Below the pieces are notes generated by a model. The model had not been told where the DNA came from. It did not search any database and worked only from the letters and a program-made list of their open reading frames with translations. From an uncultured Lachnospiraceae bacterium (lineage in GTDB: Bacteria; Bacillota; Clostridia; Lachnospirales; Lachnospiraceae), in the NCBI GenBank assembly GCA_910580015.1, contig CAJTVT010000011.1, forward strand, positions 674-64,673: a stretch of 64,000 nt of DNA. The letters run 5' to 3'. A program made the position numbers and the translations under genes. Positions 30,398-41,020 of the stretch are shown one piece after another (the stretch's first letter is position 1; every line of letters starts with the position of its first letter).

Positions 30398-30477
30398 GCT
30401 ACACCAGCAGAATCATACTTCTGCCGAAATGCCGCAATCAAACCTCCTGGCTGGAGGATTTGCTATCTTAAAGAAAA

Positions 30478-30549
30478 TACACCCAGAGGGAATCGAACCC
30501 CCAGCCCCAGAACCGGAATCTGATGTTTTATCCGTTAAACTATGGGTGC
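30478..30549 (-). tRNA. tRNA-Arg(CCG)
   Basis: GCACCCA acceptor stem, anticodon arm TCAGA-TTCCGGT-TCTGG, GGTTCGATTCC T-arm; 72 nt, no encoded CCA. Confidence 0.95.
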
Positions 30550-30594
30550 TTGTTCGTTATTTATTTGAGCCAGCTTAGTATAACACACTTTTTT

Positions 30595-31125
30595 CTAAAA
30601 ATCAAAACAAATTTTACCAAATTTTATATTTTTTTTAATTTCTTCTGCAATCTCCTCAGGAGTCCGATCGTCGGTAGCCACAACAATTTCTCCTGCATCT
30701 TGATAGAAAGGAGATCTCTGCTGCAAAAGTTCACATATATATGTCACATTCATATTACCCTGTAAGATCGGGCGACCTTTGTCCTGTTGTACCCTAGATA
30801 AAATAGTCTCTGGCTTTGCTGTCAGAAGAACCACTACCCCATTTTGCTGCATCAAAGCTACATTCTCTTTGCGCATTGCCATTCCACCACCACAGGAAAT
30901 AATTTTATGCTTTTCTCCTGCCAGTTCCTGCAACAGTTTCGTCTCCATATCTCGAAATGCTGGTTCTCCTTGGCTTTCAAATATCTCTGAAATACTCTGA
31001 TTCTGTTGAGATGCAATCTGTATATCTGTATCAATCTCCTCATACCCAAACAATCGCGCAAGGCTGGCAGAGACTGTGCTCTTTCCAGTTCCCATAAATC
31101 CAATTAAATATATATTATATTTCAT
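30595..31125 (-). CDS. aroK: Shikimate kinase
   Basis: GFMGTGKS, GE..FR..E, GGG, RP.L. Confidence 0.95.
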   Translation of the reverse strand: MKYNIYLIGFMGTGKSTVSASLARLFGYEEIDTDIQIASQQNQSISEIFESQGEPAFRDMETKLLQELAGEKHKIISCGGGMAMRKENVALMQQNGVVVLLTAKPETILSRVQQDKGRPILQGNMNVTYICELLQQRSPFYQDAGEIVVATDDRTPEEIAEEIKKNIKFGKICFDF

Positions 31126-31882
31126 TCTTATGATCCATACTTTCTGAAATTTTATCTAAAATCATCGCCGTATCTTCAGCGGTAAGTTGCCCTGGCGCAG
31201 AAGCCTTTCCAATACTGGCAAAGGTCATACAAGAACCAGATAATTGACCACTGACTCTGGAAATCGCTCCAAGTCCCCCCATTGCCATTGTTACAAGCGG
31301 ATAATCTGGAATTTCCTCCTTTACCTGGGCTGTAACCTCCATAAGTCGAAGTACGTCTAACCTTGTTTTTGGCATGACTGCCAGTTTTGCAACATCCGCA
31401 CCTGCTCTGTACATTTCCATTAATTCCTGCTTCATCTGATCCGTTTCTGGTGTACCAGAAAAATAATGAGAAGAGCCAATGACCCGCTGACCAGCGTTCT
31501 GAAGCTGCTCCATCACGGTTGATACATCAGAAAGTTGTGGCACCTCCACGTCCAGCAAATCTGCCAGACCACTCTTTGCAATCTCTTCAAGAAGCTCAAG
31601 ATACACTTCTTCTGTCAGTTCTCGTTGGCCTCCCTGCTGCCTGGTGCGAAAGGTACAGAGCAAAATCTTATGCTCACAAATTTTTGCAAGGTCCAAAAGT
31701 ATCTCTCGGACTCGGCTCCAATGACTTGCCTGTTCAAACCAGTCTATCCGCCACTCCAGTGCATCTATTTCCTGACACACTGCCTGACGTGCTGCATTTA
31801 AAATTTCCTTCTGCCCAGTCTCAGTAACTGGCACAATGATTAATGGTTTTCCTGTCCCGATGGTATACTGTTTCAGCTTCAT
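31115..31882 (-). CDS. aroD: Type I 3-dehydroquinate dehydratase
   Basis: EWRID, TFRT..QGG, KLAVMP, SAPGQ. Confidence 0.95.
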   Translation of the reverse strand: MKLKQYTIGTGKPLIIVPVTETGQKEILNAARQAVCQEIDALEWRIDWFEQASHWSRVREILLDLAKICEHKILLCTFRTRQQGGQRELTEEVYLELLEEIAKSGLADLLDVEVPQLSDVSTVMEQLQNAGQRVIGSSHYFSGTPETDQMKQELMEMYRAGADVAKLAVMPKTRLDVLRLMEVTAQVKEEIPDYPLVTMAMGGLGAISRVSGQLSGSCMTFASIGKASAPGQLTAEDTAMILDKISESMDHKNEI

Positions 31883-31956
31883 AATCTTTTTCCACTCTTT
31901 TTCTGCTCCCTGTTCTGCCCCTTATTATACCCCATGAAAGCGAAAGCCGCAAGGCA

Positions 31957-31985
31957 TTGACATATTTTTTATAATCCTTTAAGAT
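31957..31985 (+). promoter_or_regulatory. SigA-type promoter of aroE
   Basis: TTGACA-17-TAAGAT. Confidence 0.6.
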
Positions 31986-32033
31986 TATTCAGGAACTTTT
32001 TACAAAACAGATGGAAAGAAACCAGGTGAACAC

Positions 32034-32903
32034 ATGAATTATGAAATTACAGGTGCTACCAAACTCACCGCCCTTCTGGGCAGTCCGGTGGCCCATAGCA
32101 TCTCCCCCCAAATGCACAATGAGGCGTTCCGACAATTAGGACTTAATTATGTATATTTGGCCTTTGATGTAACTTCTGAGACGTTAAAGGACGCTGTAGC
32201 TGGACTAAAAGCAGTTGGAATCTGCGGTTTTAATCTGACTATGCCGCTTAAGGTAGATATCCTACCACTGTTAGATGAATTGACCCCCGCTGCCAAGCTA
32301 GCTGGTGCTGTAAATACAGTGATGGTAAGAGACAAAAAACTCATTGGACATACCACGGACGGCGTGGGATATCTGCGTTCAGTCTCAGCCGCTGGACATG
32401 ATATTTCCGGAAAAAAAATGACATTGCTGGGTGCAGGAGGGGCCGCAACTGCCATCTGTGCACAGGCAGCCTTAGACGGCATTCCTTCTATTGATATGTT
32501 TAAGCGAAAAAATGCAACTTGGGACAAAGCGCTGGAATTTTGTCAGAAAACCTCCTCCAAGACCGGATGCAAAATCCGTCTTTTGGATCTACAAAACGAG
32601 GAACTACTTGCACAAAGTATTTCTGAGAGTGCTATTTTGACAAATGCGACAAATTTAGGCATGGCACCAAATACTTCTGTAAGCCCTATTTCAGATCCTT
32701 CTATACTTCACAAAGATCTGATCGTATCGGATATTATTTATAATCCACGAGAAACTCTGCTGCTTAGACAGGCAAAAGAACGAGGATGTTTCTGTATGAA
32801 TGGCTTGTATATGCTTTTATACCAAGGCGCCGCCGCCTTTACCTGCTGGACTGGACAGGAAATGCCCATAGAGATCATTCAGAAAAAATACTTTTCGAAT
32901 TAA
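32034..32903 (+). CDS. aroE: Shikimate dehydrogenase
   Basis: HSISP.MHN, TMPLK, GAVNT, TDG.G, GAGGAA. Confidence 0.95.
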   Translation: MNYEITGATKLTALLGSPVAHSISPQMHNEAFRQLGLNYVYLAFDVTSETLKDAVAGLKAVGICGFNLTMPLKVDILPLLDELTPAAKLAGAVNTVMVRDKKLIGHTTDGVGYLRSVSAAGHDISGKKMTLLGAGGAATAICAQAALDGIPSIDMFKRKNATWDKALEFCQKTSSKTGCKIRLLDLQNEELLAQSISESAILTNATNLGMAPNTSVSPISDPSILHKDLIVSDIIYNPRETLLLRQAKERGCFCMNGLYMLLYQGAAAFTCWTGQEMPIEIIQKKYFSN

Positions 32904-32919
32904 AAAGGAGAGAAAACAT

Positions 32920-33951
32920 ATGAGTTTCACATTTTTAAAACAGCTCCCTACCCCTGCACAAATCAAAGAGGAATACGGACTGTCTGAATCAGCCACACGT
33001 ATCAAACAGGAACGAGACAAAATGGTTCGTGATATCATCACTGGAGAATCTGATAAATTTCTTGTGATCATCGGACCTTGCTCTGCCGACAACGAAGACG
33101 CCGTATGCGATTATATCAACCGTCTTAGTCGCATACAGGAAAAAGTGGCAGACCGTTTGGTGATCGTTCCTCGAATTTATACCAACAAACCTAGGACAAC
33201 TGGAGAAGGCTACAAAGGAATTGCACATCAGCCTGACCCTGAAAAACGTCCCGATATGCTGGCAGGACTAATTGCTATGCGTAAAATGCACATCCGCGCT
33301 CTGGAAGAAAGCGGACTGTCTGCCGCTGATGAAATGCTCTATCCTGAAAACTGGTCTTATGTGGAAGACTTGCTCTCTTACGTAGCTATCGGCGCACGTT
33401 CGGTGGAAGACCAGCACCATCGACTTACCGTCAGTGGATTTGACGTACCTGCTGGAATGAAAAATCCCACAAGCGGAGATTTTTCCGTTATGTTGAACTC
33501 TGTCTATGCCGCACAGCACCCCCATCATTTTGTCTTTCGGGGATATGAAGTGAGCACGACCGGAAATCCTCTGGCCCATGTGATTTTGCGAGGCGCAGTA
33601 AACAAACGTGGTGTCTGCATCCCCAACTACCACTATGAAGACTTGGAACATTTGATTCAAATGTATGACAAAATGGATTTGGTAAATCCGGCAGCCATTA
33701 TTGACTCCAACCACTCCAATTCCAACAAACAATACGAACAACAGATTCGCATTGTAAAAGAGATCATGCATAATCGGAAAATATCACCAGAAATACACAA
33801 ACTGGTAAAAGGCGTCATGATTGAAAGTTATATTGAACCAGGATGTCAGAAAGTAGGAGAGCATGTCTACGGAAAATCCATTACCGATCCCTGCCTTGGA
33901 TGGGATGAATCCGCAGAACTGATTTATCATATCGCAGAAATGAATTTTTAA
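32920..33951 (+). CDS. DAHP synthase (class I-alpha, AroF/G/H type)
   Basis: IGPCS, KPRT..GYKG, IGARS, SITDPC. Confidence 0.94.
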   Translation: MSFTFLKQLPTPAQIKEEYGLSESATRIKQERDKMVRDIITGESDKFLVIIGPCSADNEDAVCDYINRLSRIQEKVADRLVIVPRIYTNKPRTTGEGYKGIAHQPDPEKRPDMLAGLIAMRKMHIRALEESGLSAADEMLYPENWSYVEDLLSYVAIGARSVEDQHHRLTVSGFDVPAGMKNPTSGDFSVMLNSVYAAQHPHHFVFRGYEVSTTGNPLAHVILRGAVNKRGVCIPNYHYEDLEHLIQMYDKMDLVNPAAIIDSNHSNSNKQYEQQIRIVKEIMHNRKISPEIHKLVKGVMIESYIEPGCQKVGEHVYGKSITDPCLGWDESAELIYHIAEMNF

Positions 33952-33955
33952 AACA

Positions 33956-34032
33956 TCCGATTCAATATGAGAAAAGCCATTATGGAGAACTTTTTTATTT
34001 TCTCATAATGGCTTTTCTCATATTGAATCGGA
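33956..34032. terminator. Long inverted repeat between convergent genes (bidirectional terminator)
   Basis: 29-bp perfect arms TCCGATTCAATATGAGAAAAGCCATTATG and its reverse complement. Confidence 0.75.
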
Positions 34033-34063
34033 GTTTAGCATACTGCCCACATGACATTCTGCT

Positions 34064-34945
34064 TTATCTAGGATGAGTTTTGGCATATACTTCCCGCATC
34101 CTATTTTGTCCTGCCTGAGCATAAACCTGAGTTGTTGAAATATCCGCATGTCCCAGCATTTCCTGCACAGAATGAAGATCTGCGCCATTGCTGACCAAAT
34201 GCACTGCAAAGGAATGGCGCAACGTATGTGGCGTAAGCTCTCCTGTGATCCCTGCTTTCTTTCCATAAACCTTAATCAGCTTCCAAAATCCTTGACGACT
34301 CATGGCCTGTCCAGAACAATTGGTAAACAGGTAATTACTTCCTTCCTCTGATACCAAAGCAGTTCGTCCCTCCATAAGATACTTTTCCACAGCCTGCTTG
34401 GCCACTGCCCCAAAAGGTACAATGCGTTCTTTTCCATTGTCTTTGCAGGCCAGATATTCCATCTGAAGATTGATATCCGAAAGCTTTAGAGAAATCAATT
34501 CTGATACTCGAATCCCAGTAGCGTACAATAACTCCAGCATTGCCCTGTCCCGAAGCTCCTTGGGAGAATTGCCCTTTGCCTGCTCCAACAGACGGACTGT
34601 CTCCTCCACCGACAAGACGGCTGGCACTTTTTTCTCCACCTTGGGTGCTTTCAATTCCTCTGCAACGTTCTCTCTTACAAATCCTTCTCGCATTAAGTAA
34701 TGAAAAAAAGCTTTCAAGGATGCAATACTCCTAGAAACCGTCGCTGGTTTTCTACCCTGCTTTTCCAAAAATAGGATATAGGAATTCAATCCTGTAATCG
34801 TTACCTGATCCGCAGTCTGTATTCCCTGCCCTGCGAAATACTGGCTTAGTTTTTTTAAATCCCGTTCATAAGAAACAATGGTATTTTCTGAAGTCTTTCG
34901 GACCTCCCTCATGTACTGGATAAATTTTTGAATCTCATCTGTCAT
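34064..34945 (-). CDS. xerD: Tyrosine recombinase XerD
   Basis: LYATGIRVSE, HTLRHSFA, LGHADISTTQVY, C-terminal HPR; next to spoIIM and a NUDIX gene. Confidence 0.93.
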   Translation of the reverse strand: MTDEIQKFIQYMREVRKTSENTIVSYERDLKKLSQYFAGQGIQTADQVTITGLNSYILFLEKQGRKPATVSRSIASLKAFFHYLMREGFVRENVAEELKAPKVEKKVPAVLSVEETVRLLEQAKGNSPKELRDRAMLELLYATGIRVSELISLKLSDINLQMEYLACKDNGKERIVPFGAVAKQAVEKYLMEGRTALVSEEGSNYLFTNCSGQAMSRQGFWKLIKVYGKKAGITGELTPHTLRHSFAVHLVSNGADLHSVQEMLGHADISTTQVYAQAGQNRMREVYAKTHPR

Positions 34946-35124
34946 AAATCAACTACCCCGTGTATCACTTTCTGGTACAGTATTTGAAAAGTTCGATAGA
35001 TTACATTATAATAAGAATTTCAAGGAAAAGCAAATGATATTTCTACCTATTTTCGTTTGTTTTTTACACCCCTACAAGATATCGTTTGACCTTGTAATTC
35101 CCCTCCTATATGTAGTGAAATATA

Positions 35125-35760
35125 TCAAAAAAAATTCAATATTTTTTTAAGCAATACCGGATTTACATAACTTTCTAAAAAGATTCCCGTGACAAATAGG
35201 AGCAACAAACCGATCCCTGCCACCACTCCGGCACCATACAGATATCCCCGTTCTGACACCATCTCCATCTTTTCCCGGAGCATTCTCTTTCGAAGGTAAA
35301 CCGTCAGACAACAATACAAAAAATACACTGGCAAATAGAACAGATACTGGGGAAACAATCCTCCAAGCACCAACAAAATTCCCTTGATACCAAATTTTGC
35401 AATCGCAGTGGAGAGCATAAACCCCACCGTAAAACCCTGCCATGCAAGTACAAGAATACCTCCCACAATTCCCAACGAGGTAAAAGCCAACAGACATAGA
35501 AGTAATAAAAGAGGCACACGTTCTCCGATAATATAGAAAAATAAATTCTCTCCATTAATATCTGTATACTGAAATTTTTCTATAAAATAGTCGTTCAAAA
35601 TTCCCGCATTGGAAATTGCCTCCCTTCCCATAAAATTTGCCATAAAAATGCCTGCCACAAAAGCCCCTAATATCCCTCCCTTGACAAGACGTGTCCACAA
35701 TGGTTTTCCTTGGGGATACCCCTCCTTCTGTCTTAAGTAAAATTTTAATATCTTCCTCAT
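35125..35760 (-). CDS. spoIIM: Stage II sporulation protein M
   Basis: Polytopic membrane protein with GF.VGF, FPQ and LESYVNP motifs; nudF-spoIIM-xerD synteny. Confidence 0.85.
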   Translation of the reverse strand: MRKILKFYLRQKEGYPQGKPLWTRLVKGGILGAFVAGIFMANFMGREAISNAGILNDYFIEKFQYTDINGENLFFYIIGERVPLLLLLCLLAFTSLGIVGGILVLAWQGFTVGFMLSTAIAKFGIKGILLVLGGLFPQYLFYLPVYFLYCCLTVYLRKRMLREKMEMVSERGYLYGAGVVAGIGLLLLFVTGIFLESYVNPVLLKKILNFF

Positions 35761-35783
35761 AAGACTTCCATTCTTTTTTTTCT

Positions 35784-35812
35784 ATCATATGCAAGTCTCA
35801 TATCGGAAATTC
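35784..35812 (-). promoter_or_regulatory. Putative SigE promoter of spoIIM
   Basis: GAATTTC-14-CATATGAT. Confidence 0.5.
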
Positions 35813-35835
35813 TGAGAAATTTCTTAAATTATATA

Positions 35836-35993
35836 ATTAGGGTGTCAAAAGGTCCATTTTCCTTGCAGAGCAAATTTTTTCAAGATTGTACTACAATATT
35901 TTGAGGCAATGCGGCGCATCGTTAATAGATATTGTAGTGCAAGATTGGTAAAATTGGCCTGCAAGGAAATTTCAGACCTTTTGACACCCTAAT
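35836..35993. mobile_element. 158-bp fold-back MITE-like element
   Basis: 19-bp perfect terminal IR ATTAGGGTGTCAAAAGGTC plus nested internal IRs; no ORF. Confidence 0.65.
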
Positions 35994-36043
35994 GATTATA
36001 TAAAAAGAATCCTGATTTGCAGGATTCTCTATCTGTACACACC

Positions 36044-36589
36044 TTATGAATGGTATTTATTCTTATATGCCATAATTGCTGCTACTGTCTTGCTGTCCTG
36101 AATAATCCCCTGATAAACCAACTGACAAAGTTCCTCTAAGGAATGCTCCTCCAACTCAATAAATTCCCCCTCATCCAAATGCTGTTTGGAGGGAATCAAC
36201 TCCCTTGCCACATATACATCGATCATCTCATTACAAAATGCCACTGTCGTCCGAAGAGATAATAAAAATTCCAAATTGTCACAACGATATCCTGTCTCTT
36301 CTTCCAATTCTCTGGAAGCACACTCTACCGTGGGCTCCGTCACAGAATCCCTAGCTCCTGCTGGTATCTCCAATGTAAACCTGCTCAACGCATTTCGATA
36401 CTGACGCACCATTAAAATTTTCCCATTCGGCAAAACTGGAAGAACTGCTGCCGCTCCTTTTCGATGCTCCACATAATCCCATTTTTCAATTTTCCCATCT
36501 GGCAATTCCATATAGTCAGAATAGATATCCAGGATCGAGCCCTGATGCTCCAACACTCTGTTTACCCGTTTTATTAAATGCTGTTTCAT
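36044..36589 (-). CDS. NUDIX hydrolase (ADP-ribose pyrophosphatase, NudF-like)
   Basis: EIPAG...A.RELEEETG Nudix box, LDEGE. Confidence 0.92.
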   Translation of the reverse strand: MKQHLIKRVNRVLEHQGSILDIYSDYMELPDGKIEKWDYVEHRKGAAAVLPVLPNGKILMVRQYRNALSRFTLEIPAGARDSVTEPTVECASRELEEETGYRCDNLEFLLSLRTTVAFCNEMIDVYVARELIPSKQHLDEGEFIELEEHSLEELCQLVYQGIIQDSKTVAAIMAYKNKYHS

Positions 36590-36703
36590 TTTTCTTCCTC
36601 CTTATCGATACACAGTCTTGCAAAATCAAATACGAAAAGACTCCGAAAGTACATTGGATAAAACAAGACCGTCAACCCCTCAGTTGACGGCCTTCTTATG
36701 TGC

Positions 36704-38260
36704 TTACTTAGCGTAATCAGTTACACGAGATTCACGGATCACATTCACCTTAATTTGTCCTGGATATTCCAAATCATTTTCAATCTGTTTGGAAATATCT
36801 CTTGCCAGCAGAACCATATCTGCATCAGTAATCTGATCTGGAACTACCATAATCCGAATCTCTCTACCTGCCTGAATAGCAAACGATTTATCAACACCTT
36901 TGAAACTGTTGGCAATATCCTCCAACTGCTTCAATCTGTTTGAATATGTTTCTAATGTCTCTCTTCTTGCACCTGGTCTAGCTGCCGAAATTGCATCTGC
37001 TGCCTGCACCAGACATGCAACCAAAGATTCCGCTTCTACATCTCCATGATGTGCTTCCACTGCATTAATTATAACTGGACTTTCTTTATACTTTCTACAT
37101 AAGTCCACACCTATCTGAATATGAGAGCCTTCCACTTCATGGTCCACAGATTTCCCAATATCGTGGAGTAATCCGGCACGTTTTGCCAATCTCACATCCA
37201 AACCGATCTCTGCCGCCAATAATCCTGAAAGTTGAGCTACCTCAATGGAATGCTTCAGTGCATTCTGGCCATAACTTGTCCTAAATTTCATCTTTCCAAG
37301 CAAACGAACCAGCTCTGGATGAATTCCATGTACACCTACTTCTAAGGTTGCCGCCTCTCCCTCTTCCCGAATCATAGTTTCTACTTCTTTTTGGGCTTTC
37401 TCTACCATTTCCTCAATTCTTGCCGGATGAATTCGTCCATCCACAATGAGTTTTTCCAAAGCAATACGTGCCACTTCTCGGCGAACTGGATCAAATCCAG
37501 AAAGTATGACTGCTTCTGGAGTGTCATCAATAATCAAATCTACCCCTGTCATCGTCTCCAGAGTCCTTATATTTCTCCCTTCCCGTCCAATGATCCTTCC
37601 TTTCATTTCGTCATTGGGAAGCTGCACCACAGAGATTGTCGTCTCTGACACATGGTCTGCAGCACATTTCTGAATGGCCGTTACAATATATTCCTTTGCC
37701 TTCTTTCCTGCTTCCTCTTTTGCCTTGATTTCCATTTCTTTGATAAATTTTGCAGTATCAAGCTTTACATCATCTTCAATCATTTTTAAAAGATAATCTT
37801 TTGCCTGTTCAGAGGTTAATCCTGAGATTCTTTCTAGTTCCTGTACGCGCTCTTCGTGTAGTCTTGTAACTTCTGCTTTCTGCCTGTTAATCTCTTCTTC
37901 CTTCGCCGCAAAACCTGCTTCCTTCTTTTCGATCGACTCTAACTTTTTATCCAGATTTTCTTCTTTCTGAATAATGCGCCGCTCATTGCGCTGAATCTCA
38001 GCCCGGCGTTCTTTGATCTCCTTGTCGAGTTCATTCTTGCTGCGAATAGACTCTTCTTTGATCTCCAGCAGAGATTCTCGCTTTTTGTTCTCAGCAGTCT
38101 TGACAGCTTCGTCTATTATCTCTCTTGCCTTCTCTTCCGCACTTCCAATCTTGGATTCCGCCACACGCTTACGATATGAAACCGTAGAGAAGTAGGTAAT
38201 AGGCACCGCGACAATTAACGTGACCACCACAGTAACTACAGCGATTAAAATTCCTGGCAC
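36704..38260 (-). CDS. rny: Ribonuclease Y
   Basis: TM, coiled coil, KH ([12 protein letters not shown]), HD (LLHDIGK); GTG 38260 after AAGGAGGTG. Confidence 0.97.
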   Translation of the reverse strand: MPGILIAVVTVVVTLIVAVPITYFSTVSYRKRVAESKIGSAEEKAREIIDEAVKTAENKKRESLLEIKEESIRSKNELDKEIKERRAEIQRNERRIIQKEENLDKKLESIEKKEAGFAAKEEEINRQKAEVTRLHEERVQELERISGLTSEQAKDYLLKMIEDDVKLDTAKFIKEMEIKAKEEAGKKAKEYIVTAIQKCAADHVSETTISVVQLPNDEMKGRIIGREGRNIRTLETMTGVDLIIDDTPEAVILSGFDPVRREVARIALEKLIVDGRIHPARIEEMVEKAQKEVETMIREEGEAATLEVGVHGIHPELVRLLGKMKFRTSYGQNALKHSIEVAQLSGLLAAEIGLDVRLAKRAGLLHDIGKSVDHEVEGSHIQIGVDLCRKYKESPVIINAVEAHHGDVEAESLVACLVQAADAISAARPGARRETLETYSNRLKQLEDIANSFKGVDKSFAIQAGREIRIMVVPDQITDADMVLLARDISKQIENDLEYPGQIKVNVIRESRVTDYAK

Positions 38261-38381
38261 AGGGCACCTCCTTATTTCGTTTTCATTGTACATATAACAA
38301 AACATTCTCGTTTTAAATATGCCATATTCTATCAAATACACCCATGATATGCAGTTGATAGACATGAATAACAACATATTG

Positions 38382-38410
38382 ATTTTATACTTTTTTCCTC
38401 TTTATGTCAA
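38382..38410 (-). promoter_or_regulatory. SigA-type promoter of rny
   Basis: TTGACA-17-TAAAAT. Confidence 0.7.
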
Positions 38411-38433
38411 GTAGTCTGAATAAATACACAATA

Positions 38434-38491
38434 CCCTCAGAACATGATTAAAACTTACAATGGGAATGAAGTTTCAATCATGTTCTGAGGG
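38434..38491 (-). terminator. Long stem-loop after recX
   Basis: CCCTCAGAACATGATT...AATCATGTTCTGAGGG, with a G-U pair on the minus strand. Confidence 0.65.
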
Positions 38492-38531
38492 CGTCTCAAA
38501 CCTGCTTTTTTGTCAAATATATTCCAAAGTT

Positions 38532-39134
38532 TCAGACACGCTCTAATACATACAATATGTCATTCCAATGAAATCCCTTTCGCAGCAGGAACTGATACAT
38601 TCTCTGTTTTTCTTTTAAATCCGCTGTTTCTGATGAATAATGCTTCTTCTGTGTCCATTTGAGAATCAAATCTCTTTCATTCTCCTCGCAATATTCTTCT
38701 TCCAGAGCCTGCTGTACAAAATCTTTTGCCACCCCTCTGCGCAGCAGCTCCACTTCTATGATTCGTTGACTTTTTTGATCTTTATGATTTCTTACATAAT
38801 TTTGAGCAAACCTAAGATCATCCAGATAATGATATCCTTTTACATAGGAGATTGCCTCTTCGATTACATCCTCTGGATAATATCCCTGCTTAAGTTTAGC
38901 TCTTAGCTGGGATTCCGTGCGGTCCATGCGCTCTAACAGATGCATGACTCTCTTCCTTGCTCTGGGAACCAAAACTTCACTTGTAATCTCCTGGAAAACT
39001 TCTTCTGAAAGCTCCATTCCTTCTTCTAATTCATAGCGCTTTTTCTCTCCATAATACAATACAAAACTGTTTCCATCCTCCAGGAGAACCCGAACACGCT
39101 TTTTATCCAATTTCTCGAACTGTTGGATCTGCAT
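38532..39134 (-). CDS. recX: RecX regulator
   Basis: RTE.QLR.KL, YLDD.RFA, FL.RKGF; follows recA. Confidence 0.93.
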   Translation of the reverse strand: MQIQQFEKLDKKRVRVLLEDGNSFVLYYGEKKRYELEEGMELSEEVFQEITSEVLVPRARKRVMHLLERMDRTESQLRAKLKQGYYPEDVIEEAISYVKGYHYLDDLRFAQNYVRNHKDQKSQRIIEVELLRRGVAKDFVQQALEEEYCEENERDLILKWTQKKHYSSETADLKEKQRMYQFLLRKGFHWNDILYVLERV

Positions 39135-39148
39135 TCTGTTTCCCTTCC

Positions 39149-40351
39149 TTATTCAATTGCCTCTGTCTGTTCCTGATCTTGCGGCTGATCGTTTGTCTCT
39201 TCTTCTTTTGCTTGTACTTTTGACTGTTCCTCTGCTTCTTCCTTCTTCTTGGCTCTGGCGCTAGTCTTTTTCTTTTCCTGTTCAGCGCTTGCCTTTTCTG
39301 CTGATTCCTTATCTTCTTCCTTTTCCAGTATCTGAGCTCTCACTTTGTTCTCTACTTCCTGGAAGATCGCTTCATTTTCACTCAAATATTTCTTGGCATT
39401 CTCTCTTCCCTGCCCAATCTTACTGCCATTGTAGGCAAACCAGGCTCCAGACTTATTGATAATTCCCTGAGCCACAGCAATATCCAAAAGATCTCCTTCT
39501 TTGGAAATTCCCTGTCCAAACATAATATCAAATTCCGCTTCCTTAAAGGGTGGTGCGACTTTATTCTTAACCACCTTGACCTTGGTACGATTTCCAGTAA
39601 ACTCTCCTGCCTGCTTTAATGTCTCAATCCTTCTGACATCCATACGCACCGAAGCATAGAACTTTAATGCACGTCCTCCCGTGGTTGTCTCAGGACTTCC
39701 AAACATCACTCCAACCTTCTCTCGAAGCTGATTAATAAAAATAACAATACAATTGGTCTTGCTGACTACAGCAGTAAGTTTCCGCAAGGCCTGAGACATC
39801 AAACGTGCCTGCAATCCCACATGGGTATCCCCCATATCACCGTCAATTTCTGCCTTAGGCACCAATGCTGCCACAGAATCCACAATGACAATATCTACCG
39901 CTCCAGAACGCACCATCGTCTCTGTGATTTCCAATGCCTGCTCTCCATTATCGGGCTGAGAAATATACAAATCATCAATATTTACTCCTATATTTTTTGC
40001 ATATACTGGATCCAAGGCATGTTCCGCGTCAATAAAACCTGCAATCCCGCCATTCTTCTGAACCTCTGCTACCATATGTAACGCAACTGTGGTCTTACCG
40101 CTGGATTCTGGACCATAGACTTCCACAATTCTCCCTTTTGGAACACCGCCCACGCCCAAAGCAAGATCTAGGCTCAAACACCCTGTGGGGATGGCCTCAA
40201 CATTCATATTCCTTACAGAATCTCCCAGTTTCATCACAGAACCCTTTCCAAAATCCTTCTCAATCTTGGAAATTGCCGCATCCAACGCCTTCAATTTCTC
40301 TTCCTTTGTACCAGGAATTTCCAATACTTTTGATTTATCTTCTTTTGCCAT
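39149..40351 (-). CDS. recA: RecA recombinase
   Basis: [18 protein letters not shown]; extended charged C-terminal tail. Confidence 0.99.
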   Translation of the reverse strand: MAKEDKSKVLEIPGTKEEKLKALDAAISKIEKDFGKGSVMKLGDSVRNMNVEAIPTGCLSLDLALGVGGVPKGRIVEVYGPESSGKTTVALHMVAEVQKNGGIAGFIDAEHALDPVYAKNIGVNIDDLYISQPDNGEQALEITETMVRSGAVDIVIVDSVAALVPKAEIDGDMGDTHVGLQARLMSQALRKLTAVVSKTNCIVIFINQLREKVGVMFGSPETTTGGRALKFYASVRMDVRRIETLKQAGEFTGNRTKVKVVKNKVAPPFKEAEFDIMFGQGISKEGDLLDIAVAQGIINKSGAWFAYNGSKIGQGRENAKKYLSENEAIFQEVENKVRAQILEKEEDKESAEKASAEQEKKKTSARAKKKEEAEEQSKVQAKEEETNDQPQDQEQTEAIE

Positions 40352-40370
40352 ACTGATTCTCCTTTGCTAT

Positions 40371-40417
40371 GAACTTATGTTCGTTTCCATATTAATACAA
40401 TTTGCTGGGATTGTCAA
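40371..40417 (-). promoter_or_regulatory. LexA (Cheo) SOS box and SigA promoter of recA
   Basis: GAAC-TTAT-GTTC at 40371-40382; TTGACA at 40417-40412 with a -10-like TAATAT 17 nt downstream. Confidence 0.85.
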
Positions 40418-40527
40418 CTATTTTTCGAATGAATTAGATAACTGAGCCATCAGCTCCATTTTGAAAAGAAAAAAGAACAGCTACATAGAGTAACTGCTCT
40501 TTATTATAAAGTTTTCCCGACCGTTCG

Positions 40528-40839
40528 TCAAGGGAGCATTGCATTAATCTGTTCCAAAGTGTGAAATCCAACTTCTTTCTTTGCGACTTCGCCATTCTCG
40601 AATAAGATCAGCGTTGGAATGCTCATCACACCATACTCCTGCGCCAAGTTTCCCGCTTCATCCACATTCAACTTGCCGATCTTAACTTTACCGTCCAAAA
40701 CCTCTGCTGCTTGTTCCACCACTGGTCCCTGCATCTGGCATGGTCCACACCAAGCTGCCCAGAAATCCACCAATACTGGAATATCACTATTTTTTACCTC
40801 ATTGTCAAAATTTTCTGCTGTTATTGTCACAACTGCCAT
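40528..40839 (-). CDS. trxA: Thioredoxin
   Basis: WCGPC, SIPT. Confidence 0.96.
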   Translation of the reverse strand: MAVVTITAENFDNEVKNSDIPVLVDFWAAWCGPCQMQGPVVEQAAEVLDGKVKIGKLNVDEAGNLAQEYGVMSIPTLILFENGEVAKKEVGFHTLEQINAMLP

Positions 40840-41020
40840 CTCAATTTCCTCCTTATTTAAATAACATCTGTAATTATTGTATCACATTCTTAAGTCTTCT
40901 AACACATTTTGTGTTAAAATCTTGTTAAAATTTTCCTTCTATCTTGAAATCTCATGATCCTTCATGTTACATTTATGTTTGATACATACGAATGAAAATG
41001 CGTGGAAAGAGGGTTTTCAT

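Noticed and set aside
30478..30549. tRNA-Arg as an integration site
   Set aside because: No duplicated tRNA 3' end or adjacent integrase was seen.
34064..34945. xerD as the integrase of the ICE
   Set aside because: It sits in the conserved chromosomal nudF-spoIIM-xerD context about 21 kb from the element and looks like housekeeping XerD.
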